Shown here piece after piece: positions 63,327 to 64,000 of a stretch of DNA of 64,000 nt (position 1 is its first letter; each line of letters opens with the position of its first letter). Source of the DNA: a virus. The notes under the pieces were generated by a model. The model was given only the letters and a program-made list of their open reading frames with translations, was not told the DNA's origin and ran no database searches. The stretch covers positions 96,072-160,071 of the IMG/VR virus record IMGVR_UViG_3300020057_000001. One strand, written 5' to 3'. The translations under genes and the position numbers were made by a program.

Positions 63327-64000
63327 TCAGATAAATTGTCTTACCACTTCAGGGTCGGAGTACGGGAGTAAAAACTGTACTACTTCTAAGTGCCCGTTCT
63401 CAGCAGCCGAGCGAAAAGCCTCAGAATCTTGAGCTTTAGGGTCGGAGTACGGTAGTAAAAACTGTACTACGTCTAAGTGCCCGTTCTCAGCAGCCGAGCG
63501 AAAAGCCTGAGAGCTATAAATTTTAGGGTCGGAATGCGGAAGTAAAAACTTAACTACTTCTACATGACCATTCTTAGCAGCCCAACGCAATGCCGCAGAT
63601 TCGTAAACTTTAGGAGCGGAGTATGGTAGTAAAAACTTAACCATTTCTAAGTGACCGTAAGCCGCAGCCGAGCGAAAAGCCTCAGATTCACACGCTTGTG
63701 GGTCGGAGTACGGGAGTAAAAACTGTACTACGTCTAAATGACCATTCTTAGCAGCCCAGCGAAAAGCCTGAGAACTATAAACTTCAGGGTCGGAATGCGG
63801 AAGTAAAAACTTAACTACTTTTAAGTGACCATTCTCAGCAGCCGAGCGAAAAGCCTGAGAATTGTAAGCTTTGGGGTCGGAATGCGGAAGTAAAAACTTA
63901 ACTACTTTTAAGTGACCATTCTCAGCAGCCGAGCGAAAAGCCTGAGAATTGTAAGCTTTGGGGTCGGAATGCGGAAGTAAAAACTTAACTACTTTTAAGT
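63327..64000 (-). CDS. Short ankyrin-repeat protein, at least 7 units, start beyond the window end
   Basis: Frame stays open to 64000 by manual translation; 87-bp unit HLKVVKFLLPHSDPKAYNSQAFRSAAENG; ends LLPYSDPEVVRQFI. Confidence 0.85.
   Translation of the reverse strand, partial: LKVVKFLLPHSDPKAYNSQAFRSAAENGHLKVVKFLLPHSDPKAYNSQAFRSAAENGHLKVVKFLLPHSDPEVYSSQAFRWAAKNGHLDVVQFLLPYSDPQACESEAFRSAAAYGHLEMVKFLLPYSAPKVYESAALRWAAKNGHVEVVKFLLPHSDPKIYSSQAFRSAAENGHLDVVQFLLPYSDPKAQDSEAFRSAAENGHLEVVQFLLPYSDPEVVRQFI

Noticed and set aside
1-64000. tRNA/rRNA genes, integrase, and stop-codon reassignment
   Set aside because: No cloverleaf, rRNA or integrase was seen by eye. Genes are full length under the standard code and end in TAA, TGA and TAG.

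Overview
This window is 64 kb of a large lytic tailed phage with a contractile tail (myovirus). Its capsid, neck and tail proteins resemble the SPO1/Twort/K (Herelleviridae) type, but in a scrambled gene order. Bases 1-14.0 kb are a minus-strand replication/nuclease arm: family-A DNA polymerase (partial), membrane-anchored lytic transglycosylase, SbcCD, a T5 A1-like nuclease, a DnaQ exonuclease, a GroEL chaperonin interrupted by a Pro1/WCT class-3 intein, a probable dead DNA methyltransferase, SSB and an HTH initiator-like protein. An iteron-like plus AT-rich candidate origin lies at the strand switch (~14.1-14.4 kb). Bases 14.7-62.9 kb are a plus-strand arm with neck proteins, dNMP kinase, class II RNR, a scaffold-like protein, MCP, a Hef-like endonuclease, dUTPase, sheath, three tube-like paralogues, TMP and baseplate genes. 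Short-ankyrin genes occur at 49.6-50.6 kb and at 62.9-64 kb. The standout is a ~16 kb tandem array (22.9-38.7 kb) of five related genes. Each has a shared N-terminal domain plus a helical-repeat solenoid (26- or 28-aa units) with a fixed framework and hypervariable residues at set positions. Repeat blocks are shared between paralogues, and the proteins are punctuated by K-S/A/G motifs like the capsid maturation site. This suggests a head-packaged, recombination-diversified binder repertoire (inference). A second unexpected signal is a set of sigma28/FliA-type promoters in front of non-structural genes. All assignments come from motif recognition by eye; no database searches were run.
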